Source: a virus. From it: 58,184 nucleotides of DNA. The DNA lies in IMG/VR virus record IMGVR_UViG_3300045988_095259, positions 1 through 58,184 of that record. One strand, given 5' to 3'. Shown here piece after piece: positions 10,101 through 15,464 of the stretch (position 1 is the stretch's first letter; every line of letters begins with the position of its first letter). The position numbers were made by a program, and so were the translations under genes. The notes under the pieces were generated by a model. The model searched no databases and had not been told where the DNA came from. It saw nothing but the letters and a program-made list of their open reading frames with translations.

Positions 10101-12094
10101 TGAAGTACATCGGCGGCAGCGTAGGTATGTGGAAGATCAAGAACAAGCAGAATGATAAAATTGTATCTGTCATGCGAAATGGTGTTCCGGAATACTATGA
10201 GATGCACGACCCTGGACTTGTGAAGGCTCTCGAAAACATGAACCCTCATAAATCGAATGCTTTCATTTCTTTCATGGGTACTGCAACGCGCATTTCCTCC
10301 ACGCTCGTAACAAGCGTATCCCCGCGTTTCGGGCTATTCACAAACCCGATCAGGGACTTCAATACCGGATACATCTTCTCCAAGACAACAAACAATCCGG
10401 TTACGTACACTGTAGACTGGTTCAAGGCGTTCATTGAAGCGGTTCGGAATACGGACGATTTCAAGGCGTATGTTGCAAACGGCGGCGGGTACGTAGGCTC
10501 TATCACATCAAACGCGAACGTGCTGCGCGGCATATACAAGGATATGGTTAAGCCGTCAAGCAAACTGAAAGAGAGTATCAACCCCAGAAATTGGCTTGAA
10601 TCTCTATCCGGTCTTGCAAATGCCATTGACTCTTCTCCGAGATTCGCGGAATACAAACGCGCATTGGAGCAAAACGGCGGTGACGTAATCGCAGCCGTTC
10701 AGGAGGGTATGGATGTTACTGTAAACTTCCGCCAGAGCGGCAGAACCACCAAGGCGATAAACAACCTTGTTATGTTCCACAGCGCGAAAGTGACCTCAAT
10801 AGGGCAGAATGCTGAACGTATCCTGACAAACCGTAGAATACTTGCGAAGTGGCTTACCGTCAATCTTTTGAAGACAGCCATGCACATTGCAGCTCTTGTG
10901 CTGTTCTCGAAGATGTTCGATGAAGGTGACGAGGATACATTGCAGGATTATCAGAACCTTTCCACGTACAACAAGTTTGCGAACTGGTGTTACCCGATTG
11001 GTGACGGTCAATTCCTGCGTGTTCCGAAAGAGACAAACGTAATGGATCTATCGTCCGTGTTGGACGCAACATGGGAACGGTTCGTGCTCGAAAATCCGGA
11101 CGCATTCAAAGATGTGGATGAATATCTCGTTGATGCGCTCATGGTCGCAGACCCGAACCCGCTGAAAGCGGCAGGTGACCTTGTCAGTGACGTCACTTTC
11201 TTCGGCACTGTGCTTGATCTTGCAAAGAACGAAACGTTCACTGGTGCGCCAATCGTCCCGAACGGATACCAGTACAGAGCAGCACCTGAACAGTACAACG
11301 AGAAAACATCCGCGCTTGCAATCAAACTCGGCTCTATCACCGGAATGTCACCGTTCCAGATAGACTACATCATAGACGATACCACCGGATTTGTCGGAGA
11401 TGTCATTCTGAATCTGACAAAGCAAGGCGGAACAACGTTGAAAGATGCGGTCGGGCTGAAAGACACAAGCAAGAAGTCGGTACTGAAAGGAATCCCTGTC
11501 CCCGGTGTGGTGTTGCGCGACAGCGTATATTCCACCGATGTTGTCTCCAACTTCTACGACACAAAGGAGGGATACGACAAGCGTTCCGGTTCTTATGATG
11601 CAGTAGGAGAAGCCGGGGGGGAATACTCGTTCTACGATACATACGGTTCCTACAAGTACCAGAAAATCGCAGACGTGTACAGCAAGGCGAATGCACGTCT
11701 GAAGCTCGAAAAGAACGATGAAGCCAAACGTCTGCTGCGTAGAGCAATGAACACGTTCATTCAGTCCGCGAACGATACGGAAAAGACGAAAACGGATGAA
11801 AGAATTTCCAAACTCGCCGAAAATACAGGCTACAACGTTTCGGATATTGCTCCGTACATCGTTGTACCGAATTCCGTGTCCGGGAAGATGCCGGACGGTG
11901 TTAAGGTTTCGTATGACCTGGACGGCTACGATCTTCTCGACTACTACACCATGTCGCAGTTGTACTTCCAGTATTACTGCAACGACATTCTTAACGGAAC
12001 AGGTTCTGACGAAGAAAAGGCAGAAGCCTTGAAAAAAGCAAAGAGGGAGGTGAAAGAGTATCTAAACGATATATTCTTTGAGAAACTGAAGTAA
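1151..12094 (+). CDS. Giant polyvalent protein (3,647 aa): N6-adenine DNA methyltransferase, strawberry-notch/SNF2-like helicase, zincin metallopeptidase, long helical C-terminal region
   Basis: SD GGAGG at 1141-1145 precedes the ATG at 1151. MTase motifs: FSTPP (4388), LEPSAGIGG (4457), NPPF (4652..4663). Helicase motifs: GDGTGVGKGRE (5762), DEAH (6092..6103), ILIFSAQAGGTGYSYH and QTIGRIHRSN (about 7170-7320). HELGH at 8867..8881 has a downstream E. There are N-terminal Gly/Ala-rich hydrophobic segments and a TM-like segment near 10840-10920. Confidence 0.9.
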   Translation: MAKDYAEMLRKAREGYTAATSGTTSGASKSGAKDYAKMLQDARNRVQGIQPNNNADAAQRASNARTVAARYYTNNLQYPGTVKKTPEQQSHDRVVYARQPAVQQQLKNRADMLNIGNAIQATPRSQSAMSGASMAQSLAQNVPNQYAPADKNALPKSLANVPSKNVEQKGALEYISEKGQEAFYNANQSINQTIEAASQAVFGFFGDVVNNKGVSPEEKLNSGLTKAKERFVDTLEQNRAENPSDSTTDVVPEYESARSKPAVKIAGDVNAAMSSILPRYMLTMGASGLGATAASAAGTLGMATSAAQTFQNAYNEARNDGADENQATLLAARNAASDAVIERFTGGVLEGGAGIADSAIQKYAGNALNNFFRSKPMAKTLSYVVAKGIGEGTEEVLQDIAKTEAKRLTYGSDEKLDPKSLAYSGILGFAMGSLFAGMEAPARYSVYKSDYNTVNLLSIGAGEVKSNADADSMEATADAIINAADKAIDELQNAKPSEDVDVKEEISRLNYVKDGAQKVKDTLNENRADIIEQNLAKEDATQNAVDGTPDTIIDDTAKLVNTVADTIEPDKNAVNATIDHVVQEIRNTDVQQIVAQTDVEKQEIAAKRSKLEEIDKTLRNNRKDVEEARKDTKNQSDTPEVGTKKTVSEPIEPTYNEGKGVVQYFVPGRKTPVATSTQSDLDTLKLFGGNTTIKQAYETPLMSGQGVKTVLDAYVSRGYGDVTLHDMFGFDGENQFEANASRNPNAKVVPVDSANASTAEATPTTLTPTAVTEKTAETSEKPLTTEQKDATIPVENAAQEQTTAEQAKPEEAPTQEAQTPVAESETTTDNRTKRAPNEFSLKHVVKKHSKTGEDLDVYQIPKNLSNNEYARLKKNMVGIGGYYSSFVKGFIVPRDKIDRIEYFADVEEAAPAQKVDATAAPQQSAETVTAPQQPVEKVENTAATLQTPEEPQPEQPKQQVFQETAQQVQNKPASTQISDYVLDKLTNNGKITTQELQSIADKAHGGTMAEGKYDVKAMTDAMELGVNRYLIDTISNAQSDFNSPKAEKAVESLDEITESILNAIPTQTKRSEEQVSLQQFSTPPNIAYLASWIANIDNKDTVLEPSAGIGGLASFAKADGATVYVNELSDSRLEMLKQLPFDGFYNENAEQINNILPDSVSPSVVLMNPPFSSTGGRTKNSTKNAIPHIEQALLRLQDGGRLVAIVGKGMADDTPTFRNWYNELREKYNIRANIGIDGENYKKYGTTFDVQMLVIDKTGPQTGETITGTYKDLHEIPKLLEGIRNDRSRKDQQLETGESGRKDVGIHRGADVPKELGVADTIRENVSGHDSGVPLGVSEQGNSSGAGRIVADTENPQHAGIVQTDDGGSERGRSDTGIRERSTDAKGLHEEVSERGRGDMAVQRGDNAGHDIDSDGSTARRDKPRTRGDERLGRGDVAESAKQYHKAALDSSEDNGTYATYTPEKLNIKGAKPHPTKLVESSAMSSVHAPDLHYVPNLDRDIITKGVLSDAQLEAVMYAGQAHETVLPDGNRKGFLIGDGTGVGKGREISGIILDNFNSGRTKAVWVSVSSGLVNDARRDWVDLGGNEKDVIDFSKEKGKKSGIGRFDKGIMFVSYDTLKSGKKGGETNADIIADWFGKDFDGVIVFDEAHKAGNLIGEKTGRGSKKPSQNAIKANDFQNSLKNARVVYASATIADKVSGLAFVSRLGLWGDGTQFSGVDDFVGKIGSSGMAAMELVARDMKATGAYISRNLSYDGVGYDRLEHTLTKDQVYMYNTMSEGWQVVMQDVDKAMRITGNKSKNADSQLWSSMMRFYDQVLVSMSMPSVISDIEKQLSDGKACVVQVVNTQEAAQERAVEKMRADGSEDYDNLDITPRQILEQYLLNSFPVEQYEKYVDENGNEQSRVARDSKGQPITNKEAVAMRDALLERIKDISIPEGPIDMLINHFGKDRVAEVSGRDRRFINVTDENGNIKRVEDVRGDGAKNGSRAANDAEAKAFQGGEKDILIFSAQAGGTGYSYHADKRAKNSRQRVGYILQTAPNSQLLMQTIGRIHRSNEAFPPIYKLVSTDLSAQKRFVTSSARRLEQLGALTKGQRQASGGIFSADDNLETDLSSDALLAFFDRLGHGRIPGMDPKKILSKMGYSKYFYDEYGNFKLNKDTGSNVTRFLNRILALGVEDGDRVFDAFMDIRQAYYEAAEEAGTLDTGMENVKADRLDIVQRETVYTDESTGAETQYVQAKVYNKPTVIQTLDDAMAYRPQFQGIRRMEDGSVRAVYRIADQTNSFGIPVKRFRLQGANTAVSNTMSEKNMNAKTEEIPKAEWEAVWKEAVKDVPEYNESELHMITGALLPVWNKLPQDGNIKAMRITATDGTQYLGRVIPPKQIDAVLRSLGASKSSIKKQYTGKELYSAVMDKAQAVSFDGLYGATWTVSRRRVSGENRLEVTGRNLFAFKEKYPDVFTETIQYKQRYFIPAGNKGEEILGKLAEKGVRSVGNPEPDDVAYYSKTQGNWGSRSGKDGKLPMPKNISDIYKAAKEIFGISINSGKVKNGAEGVYNTHANTIRTRVYGDLPTIAHELGHMFDKQYKLSDMESVNELVKNYKTDLEEAGYNESLYPKEAVAMYFADLLHDGEYAQQKNPQFSTALFDAMSDIDKNKLADFKQMTENYFRMDDKERRRAQVRYRYKDKSTIGKAKFQVESFLRDPKGYMGKRSRDFMREIFDDVYDLKYFDGAHTLAMRERQSDSIAKGRLEYAFTDNHGKVIGKSLKSVLYEGDITDLNKKDFEAYLIARVALDRLENNEKDPTAAYLVYADKDLGSKEALVNAILDYERENPTFADTANGVYEYRHNLLTVAVASGIISEKLAERMEKQLPHYVPLSRYVEDKNNVSPLAKFKGSGRDIYSPIENLATQTAAITKAIQKNETRKALFNAIDTNEDMGLWAEKVPPDKFFDRVSTQEIPDKIMKFLQSGGNGTMTDDDMVEFTEELMKYIGGSVGMWKIKNKQNDKIVSVMRNGVPEYYEMHDPGLVKALENMNPHKSNAFISFMGTATRISSTLVTSVSPRFGLFTNPIRDFNTGYIFSKTTNNPVTYTVDWFKAFIEAVRNTDDFKAYVANGGGYVGSITSNANVLRGIYKDMVKPSSKLKESINPRNWLESLSGLANAIDSSPRFAEYKRALEQNGGDVIAAVQEGMDVTVNFRQSGRTTKAINNLVMFHSAKVTSIGQNAERILTNRRILAKWLTVNLLKTAMHIAALVLFSKMFDEGDEDTLQDYQNLSTYNKFANWCYPIGDGQFLRVPKETNVMDLSSVLDATWERFVLENPDAFKDVDEYLVDALMVADPNPLKAAGDLVSDVTFFGTVLDLAKNETFTGAPIVPNGYQYRAAPEQYNEKTSALAIKLGSITGMSPFQIDYIIDDTTGFVGDVILNLTKQGGTTLKDAVGLKDTSKKSVLKGIPVPGVVLRDSVYSTDVVSNFYDTKEGYDKRSGSYDAVGEAGGEYSFYDTYGSYKYQKIADVYSKANARLKLEKNDEAKRLLRRAMNTFIQSANDTEKTKTDERISKLAENTGYNVSDIAPYIVVPNSVSGKMPDGVKVSYDLDGYDLLDYYTMSQLYFQYYCNDILNGTGSDEEKAEALKKAKREVKEYLNDIFFEKLK
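5004..5462 (+). CDS. Candidate nested (overprinted) gene in the +1 frame of the giant ORF; acidic 152-aa helical-looking protein
   Basis: ATG 5004 lies two codons after a +1-frame TAA. GGAGGG (4990-4995) sits 8 nt upstream. This is the longest same-strand alternative ORF in the giant gene and the only one with an SD. The product looks amphipathic and globular (MTEVEKINSSKLGKVVGKMLEYIG...), while the main frame here encodes a G/R/D/S-rich linker. Codon usage does not support it (only 6/152 T-ending codons). Confidence 0.4.
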   Translation: MTEVEKINSSKLGKVVGKMLEYIGEPTYLKNSVWLIQYVRMSADMILAFHWEYPNKEILLEQEELLQILKIPNTPESYRQMMEEVNEEEVIQEFENGLQTLKDYMKKYPNADEEIWLFNGEIMQDTILTVTAAPRDEISRELAGMNDLDAEM

Positions 12095-12100
12095 CGCAAA

Positions 12101-12133
12101 AGAGCAGGGTTTACACTTCCCTGCTCTTTCTCT
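12101..12133 (+). terminator. Intrinsic terminator after the giant gene
   Basis: AGAGCAGGG (12101-12109) pairs with CCCTGCTCT (12119-12127) around a 9-nt loop, followed by TTCTCT. It starts 7 nt after the TAA at 12092-12094. Confidence 0.7.
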
Positions 12134-12167
12134 GTCTATGCCACTATTTTGCCCGACCGGGTGCAAC

Positions 12168-12296
12168 GAAAAAAGCCCGCCGCAATGACCAACGACAGGC
12201 TTAATTCGAAAGGAGATTTTTATGAAACGAACCTACGGTCACCAAAATGGGAACACGGAAGATTCTCGAACGAAGAGCGGCATCAACTCCCGAACT
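12168..12296 (-). ncRNA. Candidate ~130-nt small RNA bracketed by an orphan promoter and a terminator
   Basis: A near-consensus promoter at 12303..12331 points leftward. A minus-strand-specific hairpin (12174-12201; its G-U pairs form only on this strand) is followed by a U-run (12168-12173). There is no plausible ORF on this strand. The RNA would be antisense to a 27-codon + strand ORF (12222..12305) that has an AAAGGAG SD. Confidence 0.4.
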
Positions 12297-12302
12297 GCTT
12301 AT

Positions 12303-12331
12303 AGTATACCACATTCATCTTGGATTGTCAA
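12303..12331 (-). promoter_or_regulatory. Sigma-70-type promoter (TTGACA, 17 nt, TATACT, with TG extension)
   Basis: The minus strand reads TTGACAatccaagatgaatgtggTATACT. The -35 is at 12326-12331 and the -10 at 12303-12308. Confidence 0.6.
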
Positions 12332-12357
12332 GCAATTGCCAACGGCACTCGCCCTAA

Positions 12358-12830
12358 TGTTTGCAACGTTGTCAACGATTCCTTTTGAACATTGACAAGA
12401 AGCTCCACTTCCCTTTTCTGTTTGCAACGTTGTCTCCAACACTTTCCTCTGCGTTGTCAACGCTTAACGTAACGCTTTCAGTGCTGGACGCAGTGTTGGC
12501 GGCTTGTTTCTCGCTCTCTATCACGTTCCGGTGTTCCTCGATGTAATTCCTCTGCTGCAATGCTTCAATGGCTCTACGGCTTATTTCCTGCTCTCTCTGT
12601 GCCATTTCCGATAGCTGCTGTGTCACATTTCTGTAAGCGGCATCTTTCTCCGCTATACTCGCTTGCAGTGCTGCAATCATTTCATTTTTTGCCGCAAGCT
12701 CCCTTTGCAACGTTGTAACCACTTCATTGACAGTGTTGCAAAGGATGTCATATTCGGCGTTTGTCTTATCGCTGTTTTCGGCATTTGTCTTGCAAGCATC
12801 ATTGTCAATATCGTTGTTTGCAACATTGCC
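12358..12830. repeat. Four dispersed copies of a TTTGCAAC(G/A)TTG motif containing the palindrome CAACGTTG
   Basis: TGTTTGCAACGTTGTC occurs at 12358-12373 and 12419-12434 (identical 16-mers). TTTGCAACGTTGT is at 12704-12716 and TGTTTGCAACATTG at 12815-12828. The copies fall in different reading frames, and one spans the stop codon, so conservation is at the DNA level. Confidence 0.5.
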
Positions 12831-13025
12831 ATCACGCGACACGCTCATATTGCCATCGCTGTCAACGTTGATTTCGCAGCCGTATAGAGCCGCTGCGGCT
12901 ATGTCTATCGTTTTCGGTTTTGTATCCCTTGTGTATTCATCTGCGCCTTTCTTTGTCCTCACAGACTGAACAGAAACGCCCACAAGCCGCGCAAACTCAG
13001 ATATAGGTATGTATACTCCATTCAT
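12372..13025 (-). CDS. HTH plus coiled-coil replication-associated protein (orfX/RepX-like, downstream of rep)
   Basis: There is an N-terminal HTH (ISEFARLVGVSVQSVR), a long heptad-like middle, and a basic/aromatic C-terminal tail (RKGKWSFLSMFKRNR). That matches the accessory gene following repB in lactococcal-type theta replicons. The ATG lies 4 nt after the rep stop. Confidence 0.75.
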   Translation of the reverse strand: MNGVYIPISEFARLVGVSVQSVRTKKGADEYTRDTKPKTIDIAAAALYGCEINVDSDGNMSVSRDGNVANNDIDNDACKTNAENSDKTNAEYDILCNTVNEVVTTLQRELAAKNEMIAALQASIAEKDAAYRNVTQQLSEMAQREQEISRRAIEALQQRNYIEEHRNVIESEKQAANTASSTESVTLSVDNAEESVGDNVANRKGKWSFLSMFKRNR

Positions 13026-13028
13026 GCT

Positions 13029-13805
13029 TCATCCCTCCAGAACGCAATCTCGCGCAACCGCTGACGTTTCGTCTGCATCATAGTCTTTCCGTGCGAGCAT
13101 AAACCGGATTCTCGCGATTGTCTTTCCGCATCGCACAGGGACGGTGTTCACGTTCATATCCGTGAAGCGGTTGATCTCGTCAATAGCAGGGAAAAGTACA
13201 CGCTTCTTGAAGTCGTTGTACATATCATACCCGACAACCTGTAAAAGTTCACGCAGTTCCTCTACGGACGGTTCATACACACCGAGATAGAGATAGCTTT
13301 TAAGAATCTCATAGAGCCGTATCGCGTATTTCGACTTCATTGCCAGCACGAACCCAAGCTGATACGATGTATAGTTCTGTTTCAGGTACAAGAGAAACGG
13401 TTTCAATTCCGGGTCAAACCCAACGACAGCTTTCTTTGGGATAACACGTTCCAATTGTTCCTTACTCATTCCTGCCGTTTCGGGGAAGTACACACTGTTC
13501 AGCCACCTGTGTATCCCCCACCCTCTGCCAAAATCGGCAAGAAATGAATTGTCGGCAAGGCTTTTGAGTATCTGCACGAAGTCACGGAATGTTTTCGCTT
13601 GCTTCTGTATCCCGCATACTTCACATAGGTTCGATAGATCTACCTCATATCCCGAAAGATCGGTATCTTCCGGTCTTATCTTGCTGATGACATACAGCAG
13701 CAATTTCTGTTCCTGCGATGATAGGTCGTATTTCGTTTTTCGTATCAGATCGTTTTGCTTCACAACAAGTGTGTCTCGTTCCTGCTTCCTGTCCTTTTGT
13801 TCCAT
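13029..13805 (-). CDS. Plasmid replication initiator, Rep_3 (RepB-like) family
   Basis: The sequence resembles Rep_3 initiators (KYDLSSQEQKLLLYVISKI, YAIRLYEILKSYLYLG, FPAIDEINRFTD). SD GGAGGGAG. The gene is directly preceded by iterons. Confidence 0.85.
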   Translation of the reverse strand: MEQKDRKQERDTLVVKQNDLIRKTKYDLSSQEQKLLLYVISKIRPEDTDLSGYEVDLSNLCEVCGIQKQAKTFRDFVQILKSLADNSFLADFGRGWGIHRWLNSVYFPETAGMSKEQLERVIPKKAVVGFDPELKPFLLYLKQNYTSYQLGFVLAMKSKYAIRLYEILKSYLYLGVYEPSVEELRELLQVVGYDMYNDFKKRVLFPAIDEINRFTDMNVNTVPVRCGKTIARIRFMLARKDYDADETSAVARDCVLEG

Positions 13806-13862
13806 TGTTTACTCCCTCCATACCAAATGTCCATATAATCCAGTTTTCAACAGACGTTTATA

Positions 13863-13960
13863 GATACTAATTGTCCGCATCAACACATTTTACCGATACC
13901 ATTTGTCCGTATCATCGATACCATTTGTCCGTATCATCGATACCATTTGTCCGCATAAAA
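13863..13960. repeat. Iterons of the theta origin (22-bp unit, about 3.5 tandem copies plus one degenerate copy)
   Basis: GATACCATTTGTCCGTATCATC occurs at 13895-13916 and 13917-13938 (identical). A partial copy is at 13939-13960 and a degenerate copy, GATACTAATTGTCCGCATCAAC, at 13863-13884. Confidence 0.9.
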
Positions 13961-14027
13961 CCGCTTCTTCCTTATTATTATAAATAAGTATAGAAATATA
14001 TAAATATTTAAGACGCGCGCGCGCGCG
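13961..14027. other. AT-rich putative DNA-unwinding region followed by a (CG)7 tract
   Basis: CTTATTATTATAAATAAGTATAGAAATATATAAATATTTAAG is followed by CGCGCGCGCGCGCG (14014-14027), adjacent to the iterons. Confidence 0.6.
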
Positions 14028-14065
14028 ACACAAATAGGCGCAGCACACAGTTTTCAACAGATATT

Positions 14066-14680
14066 TCACTCCGAAAAGCGTCCGCTTCCTGTCTTGTATT
14101 CTTCCACGATCCGATAATACGTGAATCGACTAATACCGAGTTCATTGCACACAGAGGTCATTGTTCTTCTCTTGCTCTGTATATCGCCGTATAGCCTTCC
14201 AAAACGGTCAGGGTCAATCTTAATGCGCGGCTTTCCCTTATACACGCCACGCGCTTTTGCAGCTTCTATGCCGGCTCTTTGGCGTTCTCGGATACTCTTG
14301 TATTCTTTGTCTGCCACATAGGACAGAAGCAGTATGATTATGTCATTGATAACCTCTCCTGTTTCGCCTGTACCATTCAGCATCGGCATATCCAGAACCT
14401 TGATATGCACACCCTTGTCTTTGGTGAGCATCTGCCATTGCGTTACCGTCTCTCTGTAGTTCCTACCGAGACGGTCAAGAGAGGACACAACAACGGTGTC
14501 TCCGGCACGGAGCAGGGAAGTGAGCCGGATATACTCCGGTCTATTGTAATCCTTGCCGCTTGCAAAGTCGATGAATATCCTATCGTCCGGTATGCCCTCC
14601 GCCCTTGCTTCTGCTATCTGCCTGTCTGGATTCTGTTCCTTTGTCGATACTCTCGCATAGTAAAATACGTATTCCTGCAT
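14066..14680 (-). CDS. Small serine recombinase (resolvase/invertase family) with a C-terminal HTH
   Basis: The catalytic N-terminus reads YYARVSTKEQNPDRQ, followed by SLDRLGRN. It has a C-terminal HTH (MTSVCNELGISRFTYYR) and is 204 aa long. Confidence 0.9.
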   Translation of the reverse strand: MQEYVFYYARVSTKEQNPDRQIAEARAEGIPDDRIFIDFASGKDYNRPEYIRLTSLLRAGDTVVVSSLDRLGRNYRETVTQWQMLTKDKGVHIKVLDMPMLNGTGETGEVINDIIILLLSYVADKEYKSIRERQRAGIEAAKARGVYKGKPRIKIDPDRFGRLYGDIQSKRRTMTSVCNELGISRFTYYRIVEEYKTGSGRFSE

Positions 14681-14702
14681 GATTCACACCCCCATAAGAA
14701 TC

Positions 14703-14732
14703 ATTATAGCATTGTAAGTTTATGGTTGTCAA
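14703..14732 (-). promoter_or_regulatory. Sigma-70-type promoter of the recombinase gene (TTGACA, 18 nt, TATAAT)
   Basis: The minus strand reads TTGACAaccataaacttacaatgcTATAAT, about 22 nt upstream of the ATG at 14680 with a GGGGGTG SD. Confidence 0.65.
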
Positions 14733-14745
14733 TTGGCAAAAAGAT

Positions 14746-14781
14746 AAAAGTGTATCATTTGGGTGGTAATGATACACTTTT
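14746..14781 (-). terminator. Perfect 13-bp inverted repeat; probable terminator closing the cargo cluster
   Basis: AAAAGTGTATCAT (14746-14758) pairs with ATGATACACTTTT (14769-14781) across a 10-nt spacer. On the minus strand it is followed by AUCUUUUUG. It could alternatively be a recombinase site. Confidence 0.5.
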
Positions 14782-14815
14782 TCTTTCGGTTCTCTATTGC
14801 AGGATGGCGTGTACT

Positions 14816-15043
14816 CTAATCGGACAGTTTTTCAGGCTCTTTATAGCCGTTGAAAAAAACGTTCTGGTTTCCCAGTGTCTCTTTCATGACTTCTTGGAAT
14901 GTCTTTTCACCGAGAATCTTTACGGTGGAGCAAATACGTGCGACCTGTTCCATTTCCGCATAGGTCAGGCTGTCTATGTCAATGTCGCGCAGTACATCCA
15001 TAAACTTTTCATAGATTTCTTGCACGTTCTTCAACCTCCTCAT
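14816..15043 (-). CDS. Hypothetical 75-aa protein
   Basis: The ORF overlaps the upstream gene by ATGA. An alternative GTG start at 15025 lies behind AGGAGG. I recognise no motif. Confidence 0.55.
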   Translation of the reverse strand: MRRLKNVQEIYEKFMDVLRDIDIDSLTYAEMEQVARICSTVKILGEKTFQEVMKETLGNQNVFFNGYKEPEKLSD

Positions 15044-15453
15044 GCCTGGTTCATCTGCTCAAGGCAACGGCGAAGGGCTTCACGCTCTTTTTCGTTCCTT
15101 GCGTTCTCGTACATCATCTGTAGCTTGTCGAGCATTTCATCCCGGCTTCCTTCACGGCCGTATCCTCTCTGGCTGTGACCGCCACCCTCGCCGTCACGGC
15201 TGTAATGACCGCGCACATAATGCTGCCCGCGGTTGGTATAGCTGTTGCCACGTCCGTATGCGCCGCGCATGTCCGCTTCCCATTCTCCGCCGCGACTATA
15301 ACCGCCGTCTTCGTACATCTCAATCTTGTACGTGTTCTTAATGGTATCGGTCAGTTTGTGGATTACGTCAAGGTCTCCGGTGTTCAGTTCGCCCTTGCTT
15401 GCAAATTCTTCTAATTCATTGCAAAGGGTATTTCTAAGCGTATCGTAACTCAT
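15040..15453 (-). CDS. Hypothetical 137-aa protein with a Gly/Arg/Tyr-rich centre
   Basis: ATG 15453 is preceded by AGGAGG. The ORF-track start at 15552 would overlap the upstream gene. The product runs MSYDTLRNTL...YSRGGEWEADMRGAYGRGNSYTNRGQHYVRGHYSRDGEGGGHSQRGYGREGS. Confidence 0.7.
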   Translation of the reverse strand: MSYDTLRNTLCNELEEFASKGELNTGDLDVIHKLTDTIKNTYKIEMYEDGGYSRGGEWEADMRGAYGRGNSYTNRGQHYVRGHYSRDGEGGGHSQRGYGREGSRDEMLDKLQMMYENARNEKEREALRRCLEQMNQA

Positions 15454-15464
15454 TCTGTACCTCC

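Noticed and set aside
13863-13960. CRISPR-like appearance of the tandem repeats here and at 18819..18957
   Set aside because: The units are 22 bp and 11 bp, contiguous, with no unique spacers and no cas genes. They fit iterons and protein-binding arrays.
14066-14680. Serine recombinase acting as a Gin/Cin-type invertase of tail-fibre segments
   Set aside because: It lies about 6 kb from the fibre genes, next to the origin. There are no inverted alternative fibre exons or flanking inverted repeats in 20815..25701.
14279-15178. 299-aa + strand ORF overlapping the recombinase gene and cargo genes
   Set aside because: It has no SD and a junk composition. It is antisense to genes with clear catalytic motifs and promoters.
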